From contig NC_058368.1 of the NCBI RefSeq assembly GCF_018350175.1, forward strand, positions 180,174,001-180,238,000: 64,000 bases of DNA, written 5' to 3'. Of the stretch, positions 1-10,259 are shown piece after piece. The translations under genes and the position numbers were made by a program. The notes below the pieces were generated by a model. That model worked only from the letters and a program-made list of their open reading frames with translations, was not told the DNA's origin and ran no database searches. Position 1 is the stretch's first letter, and each line of letters opens with the position of its first letter. This DNA comes from Felis catus. Lineage: Eukaryota.

Positions 1-244
1 GCAGTAGAGACAGAAGCAGGTTGGGTCCTGCTTTGTGAGCCATGCTAAGGAATTTGACTTTCTCCTCTAATGAGTGGCTTTCATTGTGTGTATTGTGTAT
101 GTGTGTGTATGTTATACCAAGATCCACAATAATAAAATCATTTTACATGGCCACCTGAACTATAGCAATAGACATTGTATGTGTATGTGAACGTATGCAC
201 GTGTAAATCTCAAATGTAACTATTCTAAAAAAATGGAAGTTTTA

Positions 245-470
245 GGGGCTCCTGGGTGGCTCAGTAGGCTGAGCATCCAACTTCGGCTCAGGTCATGATC
301 TCACGGTTTGTGAGTTCGAGCCCCGCATCGGCCTTTGTGCTGGGAGTACAGAGCCTGGAGCCTGCTTCGGGTTCTGTGTCTCCCTCTCTCTCTCTGACCC
401 TCCCCAATCACGATCTGTCTCTCTCCCTCTCAAAAAAAAAAAAAAAAATAAACATTTTAAAGAAAACGCC
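245..470 (+). mobile_element. Can-SINE (tRNA-derived)
   Basis: gggg..cctgggtggctcag head, (CT)n and A tail; TSD tggaagtttt. Confidence 0.93.
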
Positions 471-484
471 TGGAAGTTTTAATA

Positions 485-1000
485 GTTAACATACATCTAC
501 CCTGAGGCTCACAAATTTTACTCCGATTAGCATGGCTAAAAGAAATGAGTAGAAATGAAAAGACAGGTATAAGATTATTCCCAGGAGCTTTGTTCATAAT
601 AGCCAAAAAGTGGAAACAACCCAAATGTCCATCAACAGGAGAAATGGATAATGAAATTGTGGTGCATTCACACAACAGAATAATGAAAGCAGACAAACTA
701 CTGCTACACACAACATCACGAATGTATCTCAGACATACTGAGCTAAAAAAAGCCAACCCCCAAAACCCCATTCAGTTCAAGAACCAGCAAAACTAATTGA
801 TGATTATATCAGTCAGAACAGTGATGAACTCTCAGGGAGTGAGGGGGGTTAGTTTGGATTGGGAAGGGGCATGAGGGAGCCTTCTGAGATACCAGATATG
901 TTTTATGCCTTGGTCTAGGTGGTGGCTAAATGAGAGTATGCACATATAAAAATCCATCAAGCTGCACACTCAATACTTGTGCACTTCACTGAATATGTTA
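485..1000 (+). mobile_element. Old L1 (L1M-type) 3' fragment
   Basis: Contains ttcataatagccaaaaagtggaaacaacccaaatgtccatcaaca (ORF2 C-terminus, ALFIIAKKWKQPKCPST) and a typical 3' UTR. Confidence 0.8.
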
Positions 1001-1004
1001 TAGC

Positions 1005-1420
1005 TGTTGGGGAGTGTCATCAAAAAGATATGACTGCCAGTTGGCCCATGAGCTGGACCTGGGCACTTGGAGGCTCCTCACCTGCTCCCCTGCCCTGGGA
1101 ATGTGGGTTCCACTTGCTTTTTCCCTCCTGGAGGCTGCTCCTAGGACATAGCCTTAAGATGGTGAGACAGTTGAGAATACCTGTACCATACATGTGACTG
1201 AGCCCAGTTAAGTCCTCTCTATAGGCTTTTAAGATTTAAGGGGTGGATATGGGGGTCCATTCATCTTGCAGCTGCCCAAGAGAAGCCTCGTTATATAAGA
1301 TCCCTTTGCTTATTAAAAGTGCCACATACCCACCTGGAAAAGCCTGCATTTCTTTGCTCCTCCCTGTCCTTCAAGCATGGAGGCTGAGAGGTTCAGATTA
1401 TACTCAGGTAGCTCCCAAGA
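1005..1420 (+). mobile_element. Probable solo LTR (ERV1-like), unrelated to the provirus LTRs
   Basis: Near-inverted termini TGTTGGG...CCCAAGA, an internal ATTAAA near 1312, and a degenerate TSD (tagc/gagc). Interrupts the 3' end of an old L1. Confidence 0.6.
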
Positions 1421-1525
1421 GGAGCTACCATTTAAATGTAAATGCTTACATTTAAAATAATCTGAAATAAATGTTTCACAAAACAATACTTATATATGAC
1501 TGAGGCTGACATTTAATCCATTCAC

Positions 1526-1741
1526 TTTTTTTTTTATTTTTTTTTAACGTTTATTTATTTTTGAGACAGAGAGAGACAGAGCATGAACAGGGGAGGGGCA
1601 GAGAGAGAGGGAGACACAGAATGCGAAACAGGCTCCAAGCTGTCAGCACAGAGCCCGATGAGGGGCTCGAACTCACGAACTGTGAGATCATGACCTGAGC
1701 TGAAGTCGGACGCTTAACCGACCAAGCCACCCAGGCGCCCC
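1526..1741 (-). mobile_element. Can-SINE
   Basis: Full reverse-strand SINE; TSD atccattca. Confidence 0.93.
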
Positions 1742-2267
1742 ATCCATTCAATTTTTTTAATGCTGATTGCAATTCACTAAATTGATTTCAGAACTCAATA
1801 AAGGTCCTTTTTTCATTATTTGAAAAGCACAGATTTAACCACGAGGGAGCCACTGAGGATTTTGAGAAGAGGAGGGATGCAAATGGGCTAGCGTTTCAGG
1901 AAGTGCCCTCTGGTGTAAAGTGGAAGGTGGGCTCAAGGTGTGAGACTGGAGCTGCAGGGCCAGGTGAAGGCCTGTTAGGTTTGAGCATGGGCACTTGAAA
2001 AGAGCATTGTTGAGCTGGGTCTTTCTTTCAGGTTGTGGGGTTTTGTCTGCACTCTGCACAGACCTCTCACCCTGCATCACCTGGCCCCAGTGTTCACAGA
2101 GTTGACCTCCTTCCCACCCTGTCCTGCAGGTGGCATCCCCCCAGGGAGTGGGTGGCTAAGAGGAACAGGCCCAGTCTCCCCACCATTACAGCCAGCATAC
2201 AAGGGTGTGGACAGAACCTGCCCTCCCTCTTCCCAGCAAGCAATGCTCGCCTTATGTGCACTATTAG

Positions 2268-2578
2268 TGTAGTAGGGTTCTCGTGCATAGTCGTGACACC
2301 GAGGCTTTTCTTTCCAGGAAGCAACTTTATTCCTGCCGGCACCACTCTGTTGGGTTTGTGCCAAAGAACTGAGCTCCAAATGCCACATGGCGTAGTTTTT
2401 TACATATTTTCTATTTCTTTGTCTTCCATGTATGTTAACACACAAACATGCAGTCTGATTAAATGGTTTCATGTTATAAGGTCATGAGGGATGTTGTCAC
2501 GTACGCACATAGCCAGGTTACCTTGAATGGTTTTTTGTTGTTGTTTTTTCCTTTCCTTAGAGAGGGGACCCTACCCCA
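2268..2578 (-). repeat. 3' LTR of the provirus
   Basis: Copy of 8584-8886. AATAAA on the - strand at 2326-2331. Lies downstream of env. Confidence 0.93.
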
Positions 2579-2689
2579 TTGATGCTCGGACGCCTCTATT
2601 TTGGATCAAAGAGCATCATCTTGGTTTAGAGGTTTGTATTTCTGTAACATCATTACATGAATGGCCATCCTTTTTTTTAAAATCATGGC

Positions 2690-3900
2690 CTCAATGAGAC
2701 TGGAGACAGACCAAGGGAGCCAAGCAAGGGAGGATTAAGCAACCTCCCAGAATTAGGAGGATATTTTTACGAGAGTTTGAATCCCCCAAAAGTTGAAAAC
2801 CATCCTCCAAATAATTCCCCAGGTTTCAACTGTTCCAGGTCTGGATGGGGACATGAACAATCCTTTTTATTTGATTTGTGATCTCTTTTATGACTTTTCC
2901 CCCCCATTATTTATCTGAAAACAGCAGTTGCTTAAGTTAAACTTTTTATAAATTTTTTTTTTTTTTCCGAGAAGCAAGCAGATAATCTAAGTCCAAGCGA
3001 TTTTCATAGATAGTATTGCACATTTTGGTTTGCTGCTTGGCTAGTAAGTTAAGAGCTCTGGCAGTTTTATTGGCAGTTATAATTTTTATAACTGCTTGTA
3101 GTCTGATTATGTGGTTTAGCATGTAAATGGGAGTGTGGTAGCCCCAGGACCCATCCTCTGCCCAGGTGGCAGGGCCATAATATTGGATTATATGCTTGGG
3201 AGGCCATTTATCATCTTTTTAATTGCCAATTTGTAAGGCACACTGTTTCCTTTAAGTCTCCCTGTTCCCATACATTTGGACTCCGAAATGTTTTCCTCTG
3301 GCAAGTGGGAGCAGGAAGAAAGATGGACGAACGGTTTCCAGCACATATGACCCTGACCAGACTGAGGGAAGTACCATATAGGCTGTCCTTCCACATATCT
3401 AGTATAGTCCACCTGGGGCCCACCATTTCATGCTGTGTTGACATTGTCCCAGGCCTCTCAGAGATGAGAGAAGTTAGAAAAGGGGTGGGGACCTGGCTCA
3501 AGGTAATTTGGGGTCCCCCACCATTGGGTTTTCTGAGCAGTTCAGTTATAAAATCTTTGGCCTAGGCATGTTAAGTTTTTAACAGAGATGATGATGAACT
3601 TTTACCCTACCAGACAAGACAGTTTTTCCCAATAATTGAGCTTTTGAGAACCCAAACCCCAGTAGTAGGACTGGGGTATTTTGTTTTACTAGAAAATTTG
3701 TGGGGATCTAATTTTCTAATCTCTTATGGCCATTGTTTCCCCATGTTGGTACCAACGAAGTATCCTATCCACAAAAGGAAGGTGAGTGCTAACAGAAACC
3801 TCTCACCACTTTTCTAGCAGGCCTGGGCAGCCTCAGCCAATCCTATGGCAAAGAGCAGAGCAAGAATCATAATAGCGAGAAACAAGGTGTGACAGTGCAT
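2690..3900 (-). pseudogene. ERV env remnant, ERV3/HERV-E-like
   Basis: Manual translation gives VRPSFFLLPL (SU end), [39 protein letters not shown], immunosuppressive-domain-like [20 protein letters not shown] and a hydrophobic TM stretch. Contains stops and frameshifts; the 5' boundary is approximate. Confidence 0.9.
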
Positions 3901-3989
3901 CACAGTAAAGAAACAGATATAGAAAACAAGGACCGTCTTTTGTTTTGCCGGACTGTCGATTCTTCAAGCTTCTGCCACACGTAGATTAG

Positions 3990-4450
3990 TCAGCTTCCGG
4001 AGTGAGTAAAGCAGGGCTGCAGTCTCCCAGAGCCTCTGGAGTTGCAGATTGCTTCTTCGGTATGGTCAGCTTACATGGTGTTGATGGATCAGGAATGCAC
4101 TCCCAGTTTCGAGATGCTAGCTTCACTCTGATGTAATGAATCCAGGGACCCACTTCGGCTAAACTGCAGTAGGGGTGGCCAAAATGACAGTGAACAGGCC
4201 CCTCCAATGGGGTTTCAGGGGTTGGACATTTCATTCCTTTATTTATATTGCATCCCCTGGTTTAAAGGGGTGAGTGTCTGTGGTCAGACTCACAGGTAAT
4301 CGCTCCCTGACCCAGGGGCATAAGGTGGTTAGGGTAAAGCCAAGGGCCCACATCTGTTGTCTTATTGCCTATCTCATTTAGACACCCCCTTAGGCCCTTA
4401 ATAATGGGAGGAGGGTGCCCATAAAGGATTTTATAAAGAGAGAACCCCAT
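3990..4450 (-). pseudogene. ERV integrase C-terminal remnant
   Basis: GFSLYKILYGHPPPII ... FKPGD ... VILATPTAV ... PWIHYIRVK (GPY/F-type module), frameshifted. Confidence 0.8.
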
Positions 4451-5069
4451 CTGTTCTTTAGCCTCCCACTTGCAGCTGCCTCTCTGAAGGTTCTTATCTC
4501 TCCCTGCCTAATGTTAACCCTTTCCCTATTCATTTCTCCCCCTGGAATAGGGCCCCTAACTCCCATTAGGGAACAGGGATGACGACTGTTCTGGCTTCTT
4601 CAAGCTGATTAGGGACGATATAGAGGTACAGCAGTTTGAGTCTACCCAAGGGTCGGTCGAGTGGCCCACAGTATGGTTCTACAGGAAGGCTGGCAGGCAT
4701 GAGGCAGCATAAACATTAGCAGACACAAGGAGAAAGACACAAAGATTATATTGACCAACCAGATGGCATTTAAGATAATGTCCCCAGTTCCCAAACCTGT
4801 CAAACAATCTAGGAGAGACCCTGACTTTGTAAACAACATGTGTCAGGGAACCTCTCATAACCCAGGTGATGGAGGAGGAGGAACAGTAAGTAATCAATGG
4901 TGGCTCTATTGCCAAGAGTTTGGCCCTAACTTAATTTAAAAAAAAATTTAAAGCATCTAATACCTGTGAGGTGTTATTTAGAGTTTTGCTGAGTATAAGC
5001 AGGCAGTTTGCTTTATTTTGAGGTGTAAAACCTTTTCAAGAGCCAGGAGTTCTACTAGAGAAAGAGTTG

Positions 5070-5720
5070 AGGCAGCCATTTACCATTATTAATTTGCAAA
5101 TCTTTAGGTAAGCCAAACCTGGGTATTATTTTATAGAGCAGAACTGTTATTACTTTTTGTGCCGTTTCTGTCTTGTAGGGGAAGGCCTTTACTCGATTAG
5201 TAGAAGTATCAATCCATACCAACAGATGTTGGAATTCCTTTGACCTTGGCATCTGAGGGAAACCTAATTGTCAGTCTTTCCTGGATGGCCTCCAGTTTCT
5301 TGACTGCCTGGGAGAGCAAGTTTGTGGTTGAGAGGATTGTTTCTAAGACATACTTCACAGGCTGATACTACTTGCAGAACTGTCCTTGACAAATTTTTTC
5401 CAGTAAATATCCTTTGGGCCATTTGATAAGTTTTGTCCCCCTCTAAATGAAAGGCCTGATGCTGTGTTTTAATGATCTTTTAGCTTTGTGAGCTTGGTAA
5501 TAGTAATTGCCCTGATCTGTTTGTAAGCATTCCAAGGCTGGAGACAGTGTCTCGGAGTCAGACCCTAGTTTATTTATATGGGGGGGGGGGGGGGGGGGAC
5601 GGGGATAGGTGGGATTGAGTCTCCTTTAATAATTGATATAACAGGCAAAATATTTTCCTGAACCCTGGTATTTACAGCCTACAAAATCCAGTAATTCCCA
5701 AAAACTTACACAATTGTTTA
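5070..5720 (-). pseudogene. ERV pol remnant: short RT-thumb fragment fused to the integrase N-terminal/core region
   Basis: KQLCKFLGITGFCRL*IPG (about 5615-5720), then the HHCC zinc finger HQAFH...CEVC, then core LLVWIDT...IIPRFGLPKDLQINNG. Confidence 0.88.
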
Positions 5721-5734
5721 TTTGTTCTGGAGTT

Positions 5735-6260
5735 AGTAGTATTATAGTCTCTAATTTAGTTATAATGTCCCTTCCTAGCAAGGGAGTAAGGCTCTCTGGT
5801 ATTATCAAGAAAGAATGAGAAAAAAATTAGTTTTTCCCATATGTATCCCAGGAGCTGAGAGAAAAATTTAGTTATAAGTTTTCTGGAGATGCCTCTAATC
5901 GTCATGCTGAGTTTGGATAGTTGGCCTGGAGTGTAAAGGAGGACAGAAAATGTAGCTCTGGTGTCAAGAAGGAAATCAACTGGGGTGCCTGGGTGGCTCA
6001 ATAGGTTGAGTGTCCGACTTCAGCTCAGGTCATGATCTTGCGGTTTCTGAGTTCAAGACCCTTGTTGGGCTCTGTGTTGACAGCTCAGAGCCTGGAGCCT
6101 GCTTCAGATTCTGTGTCTCCATCTCTCTCTCTGCCCCGCCCCCCACTCATGTTCTGTCTGTCTGTCTCTCTCTCAAAAATAAACATTAAAAAAAAAAAAA
6201 GAGAAGGAAATCAACCAGTTTTCCTTCTATATTTAGAATTGCTTGAGGCTCTGGGTTTCT
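5735..6260 (-). pseudogene. ERV protease remnant (interrupted by a SINE)
   Basis: VDFLLDTRATFSVL (active-site DTG mutated to DTR) ... PESLTPLLGRDII. Frameshifted, with a SINE at 5982-6200. Confidence 0.88.
5982..6200 (+). mobile_element. Can-SINE inserted into the ERV protease region
   Basis: TSD agaaggaaatcaac at 5967-5980 and 6202-6215. Confidence 0.95.
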
Positions 6261-6299
6261 GCTAGATAGTTGGTTTAGGGGAGCCACCATGAAGAGCCC

Positions 6300-6881
6300 C
6301 AGGTCCCATCAGTCCCTTCCAGGGACACTGGTAATCTGAGCCCTCACAGATAGAGGTCCCCAAGGGCATTCAGATCCCCAGTGATTGTCTCCACGCAAGG
6401 GGCATGGCTTAAGGGGTTTTCATTTTGGTTGTCCTCTCTGAGGACCTTCTTACTTTTAGTGCTCTGAACGGCCATACAGATGGCACTTGGTGCCAGGAAC
6501 CTCGGGAAGTCCAGTCTGACATATTATGTAAGGCTACAACTAAGGCCTCAGATTTTTTTTTTTAAGCCTCTTTTTCTGTTTTGTTTTTTGTTTTTTGCTT
6601 TTTTTTTTTTTTTAAATTCTCTTCTTGATCTTGGTTGTAATTACCCAATTGGCAGCTTGTAAGAGCTCCTCCAGGGTCCCTTCTGGACCAACAGCCAGTT
6701 TTTGCAGTTTTCTCTAAATATCCAGGGCCGACTGAATGACAAATTTGTCTTTTGGAATCGTCTCAGCCTCAAGGGTATTAGGGGAGATAGCCATATATTT
6801 AATGAGAGCCTCCCTTAACCTTTCCAGGAAGGCCACCGGGGTTTTATTTTGTGTCTGTAAGATAGTGGCTAATTTAGCATA
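6300..6881 (-). pseudogene. ERV gag remnant (capsid C-terminal/MHR + nucleocapsid)
   Basis: Manual translation gives YAKLATILQTQNKTPVAFLERLREALIKY...KDKFVIQSALDI*RKLQKLAVGP and degenerate zinc knuckles (CPLRGDNHWGSECP). Contains stops and frameshifts. Confidence 0.85.
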
Positions 6882-6979
6882 ACCTTAGATCTCCTGACCA
6901 TATATAAAAATTTTTTTAAGATTTTTCTTTACAAACCTTTTATAACTTTGCTTTTAGATTTTGACCTAAGCCTTTATGC

Positions 6980-6983
<4 letters not shown>

Positions 6984-7027
<44 letters not shown>
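6984..7027. repeat. (TA)n microsatellite within the provirus
   Basis: Read directly. Confidence 0.95.
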
Positions 7028-7031
<4 letters not shown>

Positions 7032-8560
7032 AACCAGTCTCATTTAGGATAAAATTACTTTTTTAACTTTAACAAAAAATGAATTATCATTTCTTACATA
7101 TATATTTATGTATCTACTCTTTTACATGCAGAGTTGCTTTTCTTATTTTCATTAGTCTTAACTATATTTGGCAGATTTTTAACTCTTACAAACCTTAGTC
7201 TCCAGTGAAAACTAAGTAGTAACCAATTGTGAACTGTTACATCAGAATTTTTTAGACACCAAACTTATGAATCAATTAAGCACAAAGCATGTTTTCCAAC
7301 AGGTCCAAATATCTTTAGTTTCTCTGCAACAAGTCAAAAGCACACACCTACATCTAGTAATTAGTGCTTTAGCCTCTTATCTTGTTAGATCTCCAATGAA
7401 TTTAATCCCAATTTAAACTTTAACATTTTAGTTTACCAAAGACTTTGAAAGCTATCTTAACAATTACCCATGAAAACTATGAGGCAGACAAAGTTAACCA
7501 TTACTTTAGGTCATCCTTTTGCTAACAAATTTGAACAGAGATAACATAGGCATATTTGACCTTCAGCAAATCTAGGTAGAATAAAAGTTTTTGTTGTTGT
7601 TGTTGAATAAAAGTTTTTGTTGTTGTTGATAAACATTGTCTGTTTCAAACCAACAAACTTAAATTAGCTTAAACACTGAATACATTTTACTTGGATCCAT
7701 TTAAGACAATTTGCTCTCCATGGTTAATTTTTACCTAGAGCACTGGTGGGGAAATCTGAAATGAGTGGTCTTTGCTCCAAGGCCTCTAGGGTGGGAGGAG
7801 GAGCTGATGGTGTCTGAGGCATTAAAGAGCAGTTATGCAGGCTGCCCCCCAGGTGGTGCAGAAACGGGGGGGGGGGGGGGGGGGGAGGGAAAGCAGAAGA
7901 GGCCAGGTGCCAGCAAAAGGCAGAGAAAGAATTCCCAGTTTTAAACCTTGTCAGATCAGACTGAGGAGCAGACTCCAGGTTTCTTTTGTTTTGTTTTGTT
8001 TTCCATTAGTGGAATTAGGCAGTCAATGTCAGTTGAGAGAAGACGGGGAATTTCCCCAAAATGAAGACAGTTTCACAGCTATTTGGGAATATTCCTCAAA
8101 GTCCCCGTTCTTAGGTAGACTATCCAAAGACAGTTGGCTCTAATTATCATAGTCATTGACCCAGGAAATGAATGAGAGACAAGTCCCCACACACAGTCAC
8201 ACAGCAACTTCAACCCATCGATCTCCCTACATTCAGTGCCTTAGAGTTGCGGCTTTGTTCCTCATCCCTTGTGGAACTACTAGGGAAACTCTGGGAGGTG
8301 ATCAGGCTCCCCTTCTGCCTCTTAGGGGCAAGCCTGCCAAAATGAACCCTGGTTCTTACCAGTCTGATGGGCAGCGCTCCCTGAGCTGGTTCCTGGGCCT
8401 TATGGGTTCCATTGACGTACACAGGGTCCTCACCCTGGTACTGGGAGGGCTAGTCTCCTGTGGATCAAGCCATCTGCTGGCTCCAGGTAAGGCTGCCTCT
8501 CCCGGCCCTCCGGGATTCATATCTCCTGCAGCAAAGGAGGTGGAAATGCACCATCTCCAA

Positions 8561-8578
8561 ATCCTGGACAAGCCCCCA
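8561..8578 (-). other. Primer binding site, tRNA-Pro type
   Basis: Minus strand reads TGGGGGCTTGTCCAGGAT, 16/18 identical to the canonical PBS-Pro TGGGGGCTCGTCCGGGAT. Both mismatches are CpG transitions. Located 5 nt from the 5' LTR. Confidence 0.9.
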
Positions 8579-8583
8579 AGTAA

Positions 8584-8886
8584 TGTAGCAGGATTCTCGC
8601 ACAGAGAGTCATGACACCAAGGCTTTTCTTTCCAGGAAGCAACTTTATTCCTGCCGGCACCACTCAGTTGGCTTCATACCCGAAGAACTGAGCCCTGAAT
8701 GCCACATGGCATGGTTTTTTATATATTTTCTTCTTTGTCTCCCATATATGGTAACACATACAAACATGCAGTCTGATTAAGTGGTCTCATGTTGTTACAA
8801 GGTCATGAGGGATGTTGTCACATATGCACATAGATTACCTTGAGGTTTTTTGTTTTTTCTTTCCTTAGGGAAGGGACCCTACCACA
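8584..8886 (-). repeat. 5' LTR of the provirus
   Basis: Aligns over its length with 2268-2578. TATA-like (tttttatata) and AATAAA (tttatt) signals on the - strand. Followed by the PBS. Confidence 0.93.
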
Positions 8887-10036
8887 TTAGGGACGAGGCT
8901 TCAGGTAAAGCTGATGGGGAAAGAAAGCAATTTGTATGTCCTACCCTTTCCCAGACATTGTGCAAGTCACTTTATGTGTGTTATCTCATTTTATTCCTCC
9001 AGCAACCGTTTAGAATAGATCTGATCAAGGATGAAGAAAGCGAGACTCAGAGAGGGGAAGTGACACACACACGTAAGCAGAGTCGCACAGCTGTTAAGTG
9101 ATAAAGCCAGGCTTAGAATCCTGTAGGCTGATGAAATGTGCAACCCTTTCTGAACAAAAGGCCTAATAATGTGAGTGTGTCCCACTCGATCTGAGATGCA
9201 GGCTACAGAAGGGGAGCCCGAGTCATAGCATGTGCCAGCACTCCTGGGCTCTTTGAGAGCTTCCAAAGAGGGCTGAGAAATCTCGAGGAAGCAGCCCTCT
9301 CTGTGTAGTACTGGGACTTCACACTCTCTGTCCAAAGTGTGGTACATGGTGACCCTTCCCACTCTTTGGTCCTTGTTTCAGCTGGGCCAGCACTTCTGCT
9401 GGCAGCCCCGACCTCACAGCTCCTGCGCTCAGCACTGGGCAGCACTGGTGGCAGCTGTGTTACCTCATTTCTCTGGCCTGGGATAGCAGGTTAGAAAACT
9501 GGTGAGCAAGAGTAGGACGTCTGGAGGTTCGAGGAGAGTGGAGGTCAGGAAGGGCCATATCCCTGGCTACCAGGCCCAGACAGGCCCAACAACCCTGCCT
9601 CTATTTCTATATGAGGATTGGAAGACAAGGAGAAGCTGCTGAAATGCGTAGGCTCTGAGGCACCAGGTTTCCTTCTAGTCTAGTCACCTCCAGAGAATTC
9701 TGGAGGCAGAAGACGATTCTAGTGGGAAGCGTTGAGGCCACTGCAAGATGCACCTCTCTGAATGAGAAACTGAGCATAATGAGTATCTCCCAACAGTGCC
9801 TAGGGAGAATAAATTTCCAGTTCACACACAAGCATGCATGTGTACATGCACACACACACACACACTCACACACACACACACACACCAGCCAACCTAATCA
9901 CTGCTGTCTCTGTCTTGTGCCCTGAGACCCAATCCCAAGGACAGTATCCTTTGGGTTTCCTTTTCAGGGTCCTTGCTGGAAGCCCACCACACACCCATGG
10001 TAGCTCTGATTCCTCAGGCAGGCTCTAGCCAACCTC

Positions 10037-10058
10037 TTTTTTCTTTAAGTTTATTTAT

Positions 10059-10099
<41 letters not shown>

Positions 10100-10259
10100 A
10101 GGGAAGGGGCAGAGAGAGACAGAGAGACAGAATCTCAAGCAGGCTCCATGCTATCAGCGCGCAGCCCAGTACGGGGCTTGAACTCACAAACCACAAGATT
10201 ATGACCTGAGCCAAAATCAAGAGTCAGATGCTTAATCAACTGAGCCACCCAGGCACCCC
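10037..10259 (-). mobile_element. Can-SINE
   Basis: Reverse SINE with (GA)n tract. Confidence 0.92.

Larger units (their letters stand above)
2268..8886 (-). mobile_element. Class I (ERV1, gamma-like) endogenous provirus, defective, with both LTRs
   Basis: Two homologous ~300-bp direct repeats with TG...CA termini. 4-bp TSD TTAG at 2264-2267 and 8887-8890. PBS next to the right LTR. gag, pro, RT, IN and env remnants in order on the - strand. Confidence 0.95.

Noticed and set aside
245..470. tRNA genes suggested by A/B-box motifs
   Set aside because: All are tRNA-derived Can-SINE heads followed by (CT)n and poly-A, not cloverleaf tRNAs.
2690..3900. Domesticated env / syncytin-like gene
   Set aside because: In-frame stops (e.g. 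near 3220), frameshifts and a homopolymer disrupting the CX6CC region; no long ORF.
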